Positions 48,723 to 57,641 of a DNA stretch of 64,000 nucleotides are shown here, in pieces. The notes beneath the pieces were generated by a model that did no database searches, was not told the DNA's origin, and worked only from the letters and a program-made list of their open reading frames with translations. How positions within the stretch are numbered: the stretch's first letter is position 1; each line of letters begins with the position of its first letter. The stretch lies in NCBI GenBank assembly GCA_016845225.1, contig JAERTB010000016.1, forward strand, positions 13,923 to 77,922, given 5' to 3'. Made by a program: the position numbers and the translations under genes. The stretch comes from Candidatus Woesearchaeota archaeon. Lineage in GTDB: Archaea; Nanobdellota; Nanobdellia; SCGC-AAA011-G17; UBA489.

Positions 48723-50376
48723 GGAATGCCCCATCAGGCAAATAGGCTGATTCTTCTGGAGTAGTTCCCTCTCCAGTATATGTGTTAGCAATTCCTACTG
48801 TTGCTGTGATTTTCATGTTTCCAAGTTCATACAAACAAGCCTGAATACTAGCGTCATAAGTAACTGCTGGATCTCCCGTAGTAGTTACTAATCCTTGGGC
48901 AGCTAATTGAAATCTCGGATCAAATGGTAAATCGGTTTCCATCGTTTGCAACATAAATCCTGCACCGTAGGTGTGATACTCATCATTTTCATTCGAAGCA
49001 CTTAACCCAAATAAATTATTACCTGCCCCTGCAAGAGAGGTACTAACATGAGTAGATATTGGTAAACTTAAATCCGTCCAAGGAATATTAATGTTTTCCC
49101 AAAGACCATAAGTCATCCCAGTAGTATAAAGTCCTTCTCCATTCCCTGGTTTAAACCCATAATTCAAACCAATTTTGCTAGGATATCTCATATTCAATGT
49201 TGTGGCTGCCCAATCTTTAGCAGCGTCAGGATAACTAGCTGCAAACTCATTTAATTGACTATAAAGTTGTGTGCATTCTGTATTTTGACTTCCTCCATTA
49301 AATCCTCCAAAAGGTGAACCGATTTCTCCGCTACTACTTTCAATGCAACTATCTCCAAATTTTTTACCAAAACAATCGGGATCATATCCTGGCCCCTTTA
49401 CAATGGCACAACTTTGAGATACACATTCAAGATGTGTAATGTCTTCAAGATTTCCTACTGCAGTGGGGTTTCCTCCACTTTCTTTACAGTCCTGATTTGA
49501 ATCGCAGTCTCCGCCTGAACCACCAGGAATACAAATGTTTCCCAAGCATCCAAGTTCACAATCTTCCGGTTTATCGCACGCAACGCCACTAGTTACAGTT
49601 TTATCGCAAGCTAATTCTCCGCTGCAATATGTAATCTCAACAAGAGGGATAGGATCTTGATTGCTCCCTCCGGGGCGCCCAGTTCCAGTATGCCCTTGAA
49701 TTCCAGTAATGCTATTAGTTTGTTTTGCCAACCAAGGATTAGTGATTATTAAACTTTCACCAAAAAATTCATATTCTATGAATCGAATTTCTACTGCTAC
49801 ACTTAAATGTCCTTTTTCAGTTAATTCATTATTACCCTGAAGGGTTCCTTGTGAAACTGCCATAGGCGCCATCATTTTTTTAGGAGAAGAAGTTTCACTA
49901 TAAACATAATAAACTACTTGTTGAAGGTTGTTTTTTTCTTTTGCAATATATATCTTGCCAGCTTTATAATGGTTTAAGGCAGTAATTATAAAATTTTCAG
50001 GATTATGTTGATATAACTCAGTTTTAACATATTCTATCATGTGCCCATAACTCTCAGTGATCTGTTCAAAAGAAAATTCAACTACCTCTCCATCACTAAG
50101 TTGATAACTTCTTAAATCACCATACGGAAATAAATTATAATTATAACCCTCAAGTTCTTTTTCCTTATTCAAACATTTTTTTATTAAAGGGATTTCCATA
50201 GCTTTCTCAACTTCTCCAGTTCCATCGGGAATCATTGTAATTTTTTTACTCAAACTAAAGCATTTATTTTTTTCAAATCCAAAAGCATTTCCACTGATTA
50301 TCCCTTCAAAATTAGCAGACATAAATGATGCTAAAAGGATTATACTCACTAAAATCCACAACCCTCTTTTTTCCAT
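48694..50376 (-). CDS. Secreted Cys-rich protein (560 aa), unknown function
   Basis: It has signal peptide MEKRGLWILVSIILLASFMSA. A central module has about 20 Cys (CDKTVTSGVACDKPEDCELGCLGNICIPGG...DCDSNQDCKESGG). It is visibly GC-richer. It shows a 29-nt convergent overlap with 47958..48722. Confidence 0.5.
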   Translation of the reverse strand: MEKRGLWILVSIILLASFMSANFEGIISGNAFGFEKNKCFSLSKKITMIPDGTGEVEKAMEIPLIKKCLNKEKELEGYNYNLFPYGDLRSYQLSDGEVVEFSFEQITESYGHMIEYVKTELYQHNPENFIITALNHYKAGKIYIAKEKNNLQQVVYYVYSETSSPKKMMAPMAVSQGTLQGNNELTEKGHLSVAVEIRFIEYEFFGESLIITNPWLAKQTNSITGIQGHTGTGRPGGSNQDPIPLVEITYCSGELACDKTVTSGVACDKPEDCELGCLGNICIPGGSGGDCDSNQDCKESGGNPTAVGNLEDITHLECVSQSCAIVKGPGYDPDCFGKKFGDSCIESSSGEIGSPFGGFNGGSQNTECTQLYSQLNEFAASYPDAAKDWAATTLNMRYPSKIGLNYGFKPGNGEGLYTTGMTYGLWENINIPWTDLSLPISTHVSTSLAGAGNNLFGLSASNENDEYHTYGAGFMLQTMETDLPFDPRFQLAAQGLVTTTGDPAVTYDASIQACLYELGNMKITATVGIANTYTGEGTTPEESAYLPDGAFLMVGLGSGN

Positions 50377-50410
50377 ATTACTTTATTCTGAGAATTATAT
50401 ATATATGTTT

Positions 50411-50812
50411 CTATTTACCTAATTTTATCTTACCTGGACCAACAGTATAAAGTGCAAACAATCCACCAAGAATTGCAATATTTTTTTGCAAGCTAATTAT
50501 TTGTGCACCATCAGTAAAATCTAAATGGAATATTAAAGTCGCAGGTATCAAAAACATTGCTAACATTAAAGCGCCAACTTCAAGTTTGTAACCAGTCAAT
50601 ACAAACAATCCACCAACAATCAAAAATGTCACAGCAAAATAATAAAATACTTCCACGCCAACCATTCCTGCAGAAGACATATAATCTTTAATCAATGAAG
50701 GATTCAGGATCTTATTAATCCCTGCCATTAAAAATATTCCAGAAATAAATATTCTAGAAAGTAAAAGCACATAGTCATTATGTTTAAATTTTCTTTTAAC
50801 CATAGTATTCAT
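50411..50812 (-). CDS. DoxX-family membrane protein
   Basis: It has four TM helices and AGINKILNP. The 133-aa length fits DoxX. Confidence 0.5.
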   Translation of the reverse strand: MNTMVKRKFKHNDYVLLLSRIFISGIFLMAGINKILNPSLIKDYMSSAGMVGVEVFYYFAVTFLIVGGLFVLTGYKLEVGALMLAMFLIPATLIFHLDFTDGAQIISLQKNIAILGGLFALYTVGPGKIKLGK

Positions 50813-50841
50813 CTAATTAACCGGCTTATAATCTTTTCTAA

Positions 50842-51483
50842 TTAAATTAAGCTATAAATGCCTAATAAAGCCAATAAAATTAAAGCAGCCCCAACAACCC
50901 TAAAAATAATTCTAACAATCTTTTCTGTAATTTTTTCTCTATTTGCTTTAACAACAAAAATCATTCCTACAGAACCTGCAAAAATTCCCAAACCTGCAAA
51001 AATAGAAAAAAGTACAACACTAAATAAACTTCCCAAATTAATAAAATCAAATGAAATAAGTAATGCTGCAATTGCAGACCAACTTAACATAATACTTGGA
51101 TTTAATGCAATCATCATTGCACCAGTGATAAAAGAACCTTTAACATCTTCGTAAGTTGCTTGAACAAATGTTCTCTTCATTCTAAATGATCTAATAGATA
51201 AAAAGTAAGCGCCAACAACTAAAAATATCAAAGAACTCAGTCCCCTTATCCACAAATTAAAATTAGCTGAGCCCCGAACAAATATTCCTATAACACTTAT
51301 TCCTAAACCACAATAAAGGGCCTCCATCAAAGAAGTTCCAAAACTCATTGCAACACCTTCAGTATGTTTTCCATTCAATGCACGATGAAGGATTAATGAT
51401 GAAGCGGGACCTAACACAGGGATAATTGCCCCAAAGAAACCAACAAAAAAAGAAAGTAAAGAAATGTTAAGGCTGTTTATCAT
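50842..51483 (-). CDS. LysE/RhtB-type small exporter
   Basis: A roughly 210-aa, 6-TM layout consistent with the LysE/RhtB superfamily. Confidence 0.5.
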   Translation of the reverse strand: MINSLNISLLSFFVGFFGAIIPVLGPASSLILHRALNGKHTEGVAMSFGTSLMEALYCGLGISVIGIFVRGSANFNLWIRGLSSLIFLVVGAYFLSIRSFRMKRTFVQATYEDVKGSFITGAMMIALNPSIMLSWSAIAALLISFDFINLGSLFSVVLFSIFAGLGIFAGSVGMIFVVKANREKITEKIVRIIFRVVGAALILLALLGIYSLI

Positions 51484-52012
51484 TTATATTTCCTCTAACA
51501 CTATTAACCAATTGTTTAACATAATTGGGAGTATTAATAATTAAACTATCAAAACTAAAACCTGCATAAGATTTTTTATTATTTATTGCTCTTAAAATTC
51601 TAGTAACATTTCCTCCAACAACTAAACCTGCAAGACCATATCCAACTAATTCATTATCAAAACTATTTGCAGCAAGATAATATTGAGGCGACATTGCAAT
51701 ATTAATTAAAGAATTTTGGATTGTAAGCTTGTATCCTTCTTTTCCAGCAACTTTGGCAAACTCTTCTTGATCTTCTTGTGTCATAGTTCCTCCAACATAA
51801 GCTTGAAAAGCAGAATCAATAAATCCGTGCATATTTTTCTTTTTTTTCAAAAATCTATAGGTCTTAATTAATTGTTTATTGATGATTCCAGTATTTTTTC
51901 CATTTCTAAAATAAAAATCCCACACATCTTCAAATTCTTTTTCTTCTGCTGAAAGGTCTTTATTTACATCATAGAACTCATTTTCAGTTATATTTTCTAA
52001 GTCTTTTACCAT
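51467..52012 (-). CDS. Hypothetical protein
   Basis: A 181-aa soluble ORF sharing a 17-nt overlap with the downstream exporter gene. Confidence 0.4.
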   Translation of the reverse strand: MVKDLENITENEFYDVNKDLSAEEKEFEDVWDFYFRNGKNTGIINKQLIKTYRFLKKKKNMHGFIDSAFQAYVGGTMTQEDQEEFAKVAGKEGYKLTIQNSLINIAMSPQYYLAANSFDNELVGYGLAGLVVGGNVTRILRAINNKKSYAGFSFDSLIINTPNYVKQLVNSVRGNINDKQP

Positions 52013-52281
52013 TTTAGAGGATTCTCAAAGAAATTGGGCCATTTAAACTTTACCTATTTATAAACAGTCAAAATTATAAACTCAAAAAGCTTCATAAAAT
52101 CATGTCAAACTATTCAACAAAGAAAAAGTCAAACTATTCAGACAGCAATGCTAAATCAAATAACTATTCAATCAATCCCTCAACAAACAAAGTAACTTTG
52201 TATGTTTCTAATAACCAAGTTAAAGAGAAAAAAGGAATCTGCACATGTAAGAAAAAAGGTCCTTGTAGGGGAACTTGCAGA

Positions 52282-52755
52282 TTATAATTTTTTAAATAAT
52301 TTTTTAGCTTCTTCTTTATCTAAACTAGATTTAAATGCAAGCATTTCAACTAAATGAGGTTCAATTCTCATAATATCTTTTCCAGTAATTATTCCAACCA
52401 ATTTACCTTCATCAATAACAGGCAAATGTTTAATTTCAGAATTGCCCATTAGTACCATTGCATCATAAATATCTCTTGTGCTTTCAATAGAAATAAGATT
52501 TTCATCTGCAACACCATCAACAATAGTCTCCTTTGGATCATTTTTTTCTGCAACTACTTTTCTAACTACATCTTGTTCAGTAATTATTCCAACAGGAGAA
52601 TCTTCTTTTAAAATTACAATACTTCCAACTTTAGCAGTTTTCATTTGATTAGCAACATCACAAATACTTATGTCACATTCAGCAGTTTGAACATCTCTGT
52701 TCATAATCTCATAAACTTTATAGCCTGTTTCCATATTTTTATTTAATCTCCTCAA
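52282..52755 (-). CDS. Tandem CBS-domain protein
   Basis: It has two CBS motifs (VGIITEQDVVRKV; VGIITGKDIMRIE). The length is 157 aa. Confidence 0.8.
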   Translation of the reverse strand: MRRLNKNMETGYKVYEIMNRDVQTAECDISICDVANQMKTAKVGSIVILKEDSPVGIITEQDVVRKVVAEKNDPKETIVDGVADENLISIESTRDIYDAMVLMGNSEIKHLPVIDEGKLVGIITGKDIMRIEPHLVEMLAFKSSLDKEEAKKLFKKL

Positions 52756-52838
52756 GTATATAATCTTTCTGGCTTTTTAAATTAAAATTTTGTAACTCTC
52801 AAAAAGTAGTCTCAAAAGAAAGCTTTTTAAAATGAATT

Positions 52839-53558
52839 TTGAAGCATACATTTGAAATGATAATAGATAGTCATACGCATATCGGATTTGAAGACAAGTA
52901 CCAAAATCAAGGTCCTAAAGAGCTAATAAGGCTAATGGATAGGGCAGGAATAGATAAATCTGTGATTTTTCCATTTGGACCAGTTTTTTCAAAAAATCAA
53001 TCCTATCATTCAGAAAACATCAAAATTAGCAGATATTCCAATAATCCCCGGTTCATTACATTCGGAAGAGTAAATCAATTAGCATCGGATTCTCTTGAAG
53101 AAGTTGATAGAATAAATGATTTAAAATTTAAAGGAATAAAAATTCATACTGATGCAGTTCCTTTAAACCCATATACTGATTTAGTAAAAAAGTTAAATGA
53201 GTATCACTTACCAATATTAATACATACAGGAAACAATAAAAATGCAGATGTTGAGAATTTAAAACATCTAAAATATGAAGGAAATATTATAATTGGCCAT
53301 GGAGGAAAAGATAATGTTTCAAGCGCAATTGAATTAGTAAATTCAAGAAATAATTTTTACATTGAAACATCACTGCTTTCACTAAGCAGAACAAAAAAAC
53401 TAATCAGAGAAGTTAAAGATAAATCAAAAATACTCTTTGGTTCAGATGCACCTTATGATTTACCAGAATTAGAAGTTAAAAAAATAATGCATGCATGTGA
53501 TTATGACAGAGGATTAGTAAGGGACATTTTGGGAAAAAATTTGGAGAAAATATTATGA
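52839..53558 (+). CDS. Amidohydrolase-2-family (TIM-barrel metal-dependent hydrolase) protein
   Basis: It has N-terminal IIDSHTHIG, downstream IKIHTD, HTGN and GHGG metal-ligand-like motifs, and a 4-nt overlap with the next gene. Confidence 0.6.
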   Translation: MKHTFEMIIDSHTHIGFEDKYQNQGPKELIRLMDRAGIDKSVIFPFGPVFSKNQSYHSENIKISRYSNNPRFITFGRVNQLASDSLEEVDRINDLKFKGIKIHTDAVPLNPYTDLVKKLNEYHLPILIHTGNNKNADVENLKHLKYEGNIIIGHGGKDNVSSAIELVNSRNNFYIETSLLSLSRTKKLIREVKDKSKILFGSDAPYDLPELEVKKIMHACDYDRGLVRDILGKNLEKIL

Positions 53559-54646
53559 ACACAAAAACAAAATACAATACCTTAATATTGACAAGGGGAA
53601 GAGACATGACTCCAGATTCTACAGAATTAGCATTAGCATTTGAAGCAACAAATAGAAATCATAAAGTTTCTTTTCAAAAACCTGAAAATTTTTACGTAAA
53701 AGATGGAAAATTATTTGGAATTACTCATAGGCCAAATGCAGAGTCAATAGACTCCTACGAGGCATTTGGACATTATGTAGAAAATGAGTCTTTCATGAAA
53801 CAAGAAAACATTCCTCTAGAAGATTTTGATATCATTTTCTCAAGAGTAGCATATAGAAATCCAGATGAAAAAAGAGAATTTGAAAATATGTGCATTTACT
53901 TGTCTTCATTACAATCATTAAATCCAAGAGTTACAATGGTAAATTCTCCATTGGGAATGGTCATGGCTGGTGCAAAAATTTACGAAACACTTAACCTAAA
54001 AACATACATGCCAGAAACACACATTACTAAAGATTCCAAACGTCTAGAAAAATTAATGAAAGACGCAGCATTAGAAAAACAAGGAATTATTGGAAAACCA
54101 ATTGACGGCATGGGTGGGAGTGGCGTTATTGAAATTCCTCCAAGTGGTTACAGAGGATTAAGAACGCTAGCAGAAGTGTTAGTTGAACCTTTAGAAAGTA
54201 CTTCTTCAATTCCTGCAATCATTCAATCTAAGTTGGAAGGAGTAGATCGTAGAATTTTAATTATGGGTGAAGAAATTCTTGGCGCATACAAAAGGGTGCC
54301 AGTGGAAGAAGAAATAAGGGCAAATATTCATTTAGGTGGAACAGTTCAACCTTATGAACTACAAGACATTGATAGAGAGATAGTAAGTAACGTAGCAGAG
54401 ACAATAAAGAGAGACGGATTATATTTCTGCGGATTAGATATCATGGGGCCAGAGGAAAATGGAACAATTGAAAATACCCGGATGTTAGAATTAAATGTGA
54501 GGTGTCCAGGTTCAATTAAAAGTTTGGAATCATTAGCAGAATCTTATCATGAAAAGGCAGAAATAAGGAATGCTGCAGCAAATAAGATTGTTAGATATGC
54601 AGAAGATTTACATGAAGACAAGCTATCTTCATTAGATCAAGAATAA
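53555..54646 (+). CDS. ATP-grasp ligase of the glutathione-synthetase (GshB)/RimK type
   Basis: It shows blockwise similarity to the bacterial GshB C-terminal half (KPIDGMGGSGVIEI; RILIMGEEILGAYKRVP...NIHLGGT; GLDIMG...ELNVRCPGS). The N-terminal pre-ATP-grasp domain is GshB_N-like. Confidence 0.65.
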   Translation: MNTKTKYNTLILTRGRDMTPDSTELALAFEATNRNHKVSFQKPENFYVKDGKLFGITHRPNAESIDSYEAFGHYVENESFMKQENIPLEDFDIIFSRVAYRNPDEKREFENMCIYLSSLQSLNPRVTMVNSPLGMVMAGAKIYETLNLKTYMPETHITKDSKRLEKLMKDAALEKQGIIGKPIDGMGGSGVIEIPPSGYRGLRTLAEVLVEPLESTSSIPAIIQSKLEGVDRRILIMGEEILGAYKRVPVEEEIRANIHLGGTVQPYELQDIDREIVSNVAETIKRDGLYFCGLDIMGPEENGTIENTRMLELNVRCPGSIKSLESLAESYHEKAEIRNAAANKIVRYAEDLHEDKLSSLDQE

Positions 54647-54687
54647 TCCACTAATTTTATAAACTGTTCAAGAGCAAGAATACTTAC

Positions 54688-54773
54688 GTGGGTGTCCCAT
54701 AGTCTGGTCAATTGGGCAGGACTTAAGATCCTGTGACTTAGTGTCTACGAAGGTTCGAATCCTTCCACCCACA
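54688..54773 (+). tRNA. tRNA-Leu (anticodon UAA), long variable arm
   Basis: It has acceptor GTGGGTG/CACCCAC, anticodon stem CAGGA/TCCTG with loop CTTAAGA, a 15-nt variable arm TGACTTAGTGTCTAC, T-arm GAAGG-TTCGAAT-CCTTC and discriminator A. The length is 86 nt. Confidence 0.8.
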
Positions 54774-54777
54774 GTTT

Positions 54778-55116
54778 TTACCTATTATCTCCATTACCCT
54801 TAACCTTATTTCTTTTTACTCTGCTTTTTATTTTTTCTAAATTGATTTTAGCAACTTCGTCCATTTCAAAATTCAGTTCACTACAAAGATTAGCCAAATA
54901 CCACAAAACATCGCCCATCTCTTTTCCAATCGCATCTCTAGTATCTGGGCTAACCTTGCCCTCACAGTCTCTAAAGATTTTTTTTACCTTCTCAGCAACT
55001 TCTCCAGATTCTCCACAAAGGCCCATCGTAGGGTATGTTAAATTCTTCCCAACATTTGGATAACTAGCAGTTTTTCTAGCAAGTTTTTGATATTTGTTTA
55101 AATGCATAAATATCAC
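54778..55116 (-). CDS. MazG-like nucleotide pyrophosphohydrolase
   Basis: It has the MazG/NTP-PPase EExGE...DxLWY signature (GLCGESGEVAEKV; EMGDVLWYLANL). The length is 112 aa. Confidence 0.75.
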   Translation of the reverse strand: MIFMHLNKYQKLARKTASYPNVGKNLTYPTMGLCGESGEVAEKVKKIFRDCEGKVSPDTRDAIGKEMGDVLWYLANLCSELNFEMDEVAKINLEKIKSRVKRNKVKGNGDNR

Positions 55117-55208
55117 TTAATTATTCGATTAATAAGAATTTATCAAACTCAAAATAGATAATTTTCCCCAATACTTTTAAAAAAGAAAATCTTCATGAAT
55201 AAACCAGC

Positions 55209-55280
55209 GCCACCGTAGCTCAGTGGTAGAGCACTACATTGGTAATGTAGAGGTCGCGAGTTCAAGTCTCGTCGGTGGCT
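55209..55280 (+). tRNA. tRNA-Thr (anticodon GGU)
   Basis: It has acceptor GCCACCG/CGGTGGC, D-arm GCTC-AGTGGTA-GAGC, anticodon stem CTACA/TGTAG with loop TTGGTAA, and T-arm GCGAG-TTCAAGT-CTCGT. The length is 72 nt. Confidence 0.8.
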
Positions 55281-55364
55281 TCTTAACGCACTTACCGTAC
55301 TTACTCCTTGCCCGCCAAAACTATATCAAACAATTATAACTTCTTTCTCCAAGGAGGAAACCTC

Positions 55365-55469
55365 ATGAAGCAGCCAAAAAAGTCAAAAATCAAGATGGAC
55401 AAGTATATCAAAAAAACGCATGATAACTGGTCTGTATTAGAAGATTTTGGAATATATTTTTTGCAGTAA
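55365..55469 (+). CDS. Mini-ORF (34 aa) with perfect Shine-Dalgarno
   Basis: AAGGAGG lies 7 nt upstream of ATG. The ORF reads MKQPKKSKIKMDKYIKKTHDNWSVLEDFGIYFLQ and is located just 3' of tRNA-Thr. Confidence 0.25.
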   Translation: MKQPKKSKIKMDKYIKKTHDNWSVLEDFGIYFLQ

Positions 55470-55558
55470 TATATATCCAAAATTTTTCTTTTTTTTCTCT
55501 AACAACATTTAAAAGTAAGTACAGCCTATTAAATGATATATTAATGGAGACTTAAAAA

Positions 55559-55852
55559 ATGAGCAAAGATCTAAAAGACATAATTTCAGAAGAAAATTAC
55601 GGCGATCCAAATACGCACAAAAAGGGGAGATATTCTAGAACTAATTTACCTAGGCCTTCAAATTACACAGAAGAATTAGAATTTCAAGCCGATTTACAAG
55701 AGGGAATTACTGAATTTCTAAAAGATATTGATTATGATCCATTAACAGACGATGTACAATATCAAGACATCTTATCTCCAGCTGATGAATTAGACATTTT
55801 AGAAGGAAAAATTTATCATGTAGATATCGGCAGAAAAGATACTAATTACTAA
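55559..55852 (+). CDS. Hypothetical acidic protein
   Basis: A 97-aa ORF with no recognisable domain. Confidence 0.35.
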   Translation: MSKDLKDIISEENYGDPNTHKKGRYSRTNLPRPSNYTEELEFQADLQEGITEFLKDIDYDPLTDDVQYQDILSPADELDILEGKIYHVDIGRKDTNY

Positions 55853-55863
55853 TTTGAATTACC

Positions 55864-56451
55864 TCAAAGGTAATTCTTTCTTTCCATTCTTTCTCTTATT
55901 TGTTTAATAGTTACACAAACATAAGTGCGAGACTTATCCAAAACATCTGCAATATCTATATTTTTATAACCTAAAAGTTTCATATCTAATGTCAATAGTT
56001 TAGAAGGATTTAAACCATAAACCAAATCGTCTAAAGTTTCTTTAGCACACATAACATCAAATCCTGAGGGTGTTTTAAAATCTTCCAATACATAGGCTGA
56101 TTGTTCTGGGTTAAATTCTTCAGAATTTATGTTTGTAGAGTAAGTTTGAGGTTTATTTTCTAATCTCATGTATTTAGTCAAAACATCTCTGATTCCAAAA
56201 TCAATATGCATTCCTGCAAATTTTCTAAATGTTAGTCCTCTATCCTCTTCATATTTTCTTGCAGCTTTAAGCAATCCATCAATTGCCCCATCATAAAATT
56301 CTTCATCAGAAATTTTATAGAATCTGCGACCATATCTTTGAGAAATAGTTTCTGCCAAATTTAATAAATAATCTTTATCATTTTCAATTATTTCTTTTTC
56401 ATCACTAGTAAGGACCCTATTGCCTATTCTTTCCATATACATTTTAAACAA
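55864..56451 (-). CDS. Sigma-70-family-like protein (region 2 plus region 4 HTH), 195 aa
   Basis: DGAIDGLLKAARKYEEDRGLTFRKFAGMHIDFGIRDVL aligns by eye with sigma region 2.2-2.4 (EGNIGLMKAVEKFD..RG.KFSTYA..WI...I). The C-terminal LTLDMKLLGYKNIDIADVLDKSRTYVCVTIKQIRERM fits a region-4-like HTH pattern. Confidence 0.5.
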   Translation of the reverse strand: MFKMYMERIGNRVLTSDEKEIIENDKDYLLNLAETISQRYGRRFYKISDEEFYDGAIDGLLKAARKYEEDRGLTFRKFAGMHIDFGIRDVLTKYMRLENKPQTYSTNINSEEFNPEQSAYVLEDFKTPSGFDVMCAKETLDDLVYGLNPSKLLTLDMKLLGYKNIDIADVLDKSRTYVCVTIKQIRERMERKNYL

Positions 56452-56515
56452 TCGTCCTTAATATCCTTATTGGTTTTACAGATACTCTTAAAAATCCAAA
56501 TTTCAAAATAAAACT

Positions 56516-57004
56516 ATGGAAAATTTCAAAGAAAAATACAAAATATTGCGAGAAAAATACAATTTGCCATCATATGAAGAGTTAGATAAGAATTTTGAAA
56601 TATTAAACTCAAAACCGGTAGTAGAGGTTTCTTTTCCGTTAGCAGTGGTAAGGAGAAGAATGTGTGAAAAACTATCCTGGATATCTTCAGGAATTCAAAA
56701 TATTATTCAACCAAATCCTTCTTCCTTAGTATGTATAGAGGAGTCCTCTTTTTTTACAAAAGAAGAAAAGAAAGAAAGATTAATCAAATTATTAAAAGAA
56801 TTAATGTATTTGATAAGGAAATCAATAGATTTAGATATAGATAATTCAGAAGAAAAAGATGCAGAATACATAAGTGAAACATTCAACAAATGGAATGAAT
56901 TAAAACATAAAATAAAAGAATTTAGTAAAAAGATGAAAGATGGTTGGAAAAAGGAAGTAAAAGTTTCTAAAAAACCAAAAACTAATCACAATTACTTAGG
57001 TTAG
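56516..57004 (+). CDS. Hypothetical protein
   Basis: A 162-aa K/E-rich ORF with no recognisable domain. Confidence 0.35.
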   Translation: MENFKEKYKILREKYNLPSYEELDKNFEILNSKPVVEVSFPLAVVRRRMCEKLSWISSGIQNIIQPNPSSLVCIEESSFFTKEEKKERLIKLLKELMYLIRKSIDLDIDNSEEKDAEYISETFNKWNELKHKIKEFSKKMKDGWKKEVKVSKKPKTNHNYLG

Positions 57005-57041
57005 CCAAAACCTTAATAAATTTAGATTTGACTATATAATC

Positions 57042-57641
57042 ATGAAAAAGGGGCAGGTATATCTTTTAGCAGTAATTATTATGGGATTTCTAATCTACAC
57101 AATGTTACTTCCAGTTAATTTTCTAAAAACTTCAGAAATAGATGACGATTTTCAAGAAATTTCAAAGAATTATCAATTAGAAAGTGCAAAACTTCTAAAT
57201 GAATTATTAAACACTCAAAACTTAAATCAAGATTTTGTTGAAGGAAGGTTTCTTAATTTCACTGTAGCATTTACATCTTACTCCAAATCAAAAAATCCTA
57301 ACTTCGGATTAGTTTATGCATTTCCTTTCAACAATAAAGTATTTTTAGGAAATTACGCAGATTCTCCATTAAATTATACTCAAACAGATCAAATACAAGG
57401 ATGTTTGTCAGATGTAACTGCAGCAATATCTTTATTGGGTATAGATGTATCCTCTCCAGACATAGATGTGGGCACCTATACCGATTGCATGACTTCAATA
57501 ACCTACCCTTTAAATGACAAGTTAGATTTAATCTTGGACAACTCAGAATATTCATTCACACTTTCAGATTCAACTTCAAACTTAATAATAATTAACAAAG
57601 AAAGCATTGAAGGAGATGTTAAAATCTTCATAAGTGAATAA
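57042..57641 (+). CDS. Class III signal peptide (pilin-like) protein, 199 aa
   Basis: The N-terminus MKKGQ|VYLLAVIIMGFLIYTMLLPV is prepilin-like. Confidence 0.55.
   Translation: MKKGQVYLLAVIIMGFLIYTMLLPVNFLKTSEIDDDFQEISKNYQLESAKLLNELLNTQNLNQDFVEGRFLNFTVAFTSYSKSKNPNFGLVYAFPFNNKVFLGNYADSPLNYTQTDQIQGCLSDVTAAISLLGIDVSSPDIDVGTYTDCMTSITYPLNDKLDLILDNSEYSFTLSDSTSNLIIINKESIEGDVKIFISE

Noticed and set aside
52102-52287. 61-aa Asn/Ser/Lys-rich ORF ending in CTCKKKGPCRGTCRL
   Set aside because: It is low complexity with no start context, in a 270-bp gap, and is probably spurious. It is retained only as a possible small Cys peptide.
54688-54773. Alternative identity tRNA-Ser for the long-variable-arm tRNA
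   Set aside because: The anticodon loop CTTAAGA gives UAA, which is a Leu anticodon and not any Ser anticodon.
55864-56451. Interpreting the sigma-like ORF as an archaeal TFB/TFE-type factor
   Set aside because: It has no zinc ribbon, cyclin fold or TFE winged-helix pattern. The by-eye match is specifically to bacterial sigma region 2 plus a region-4-like HTH.
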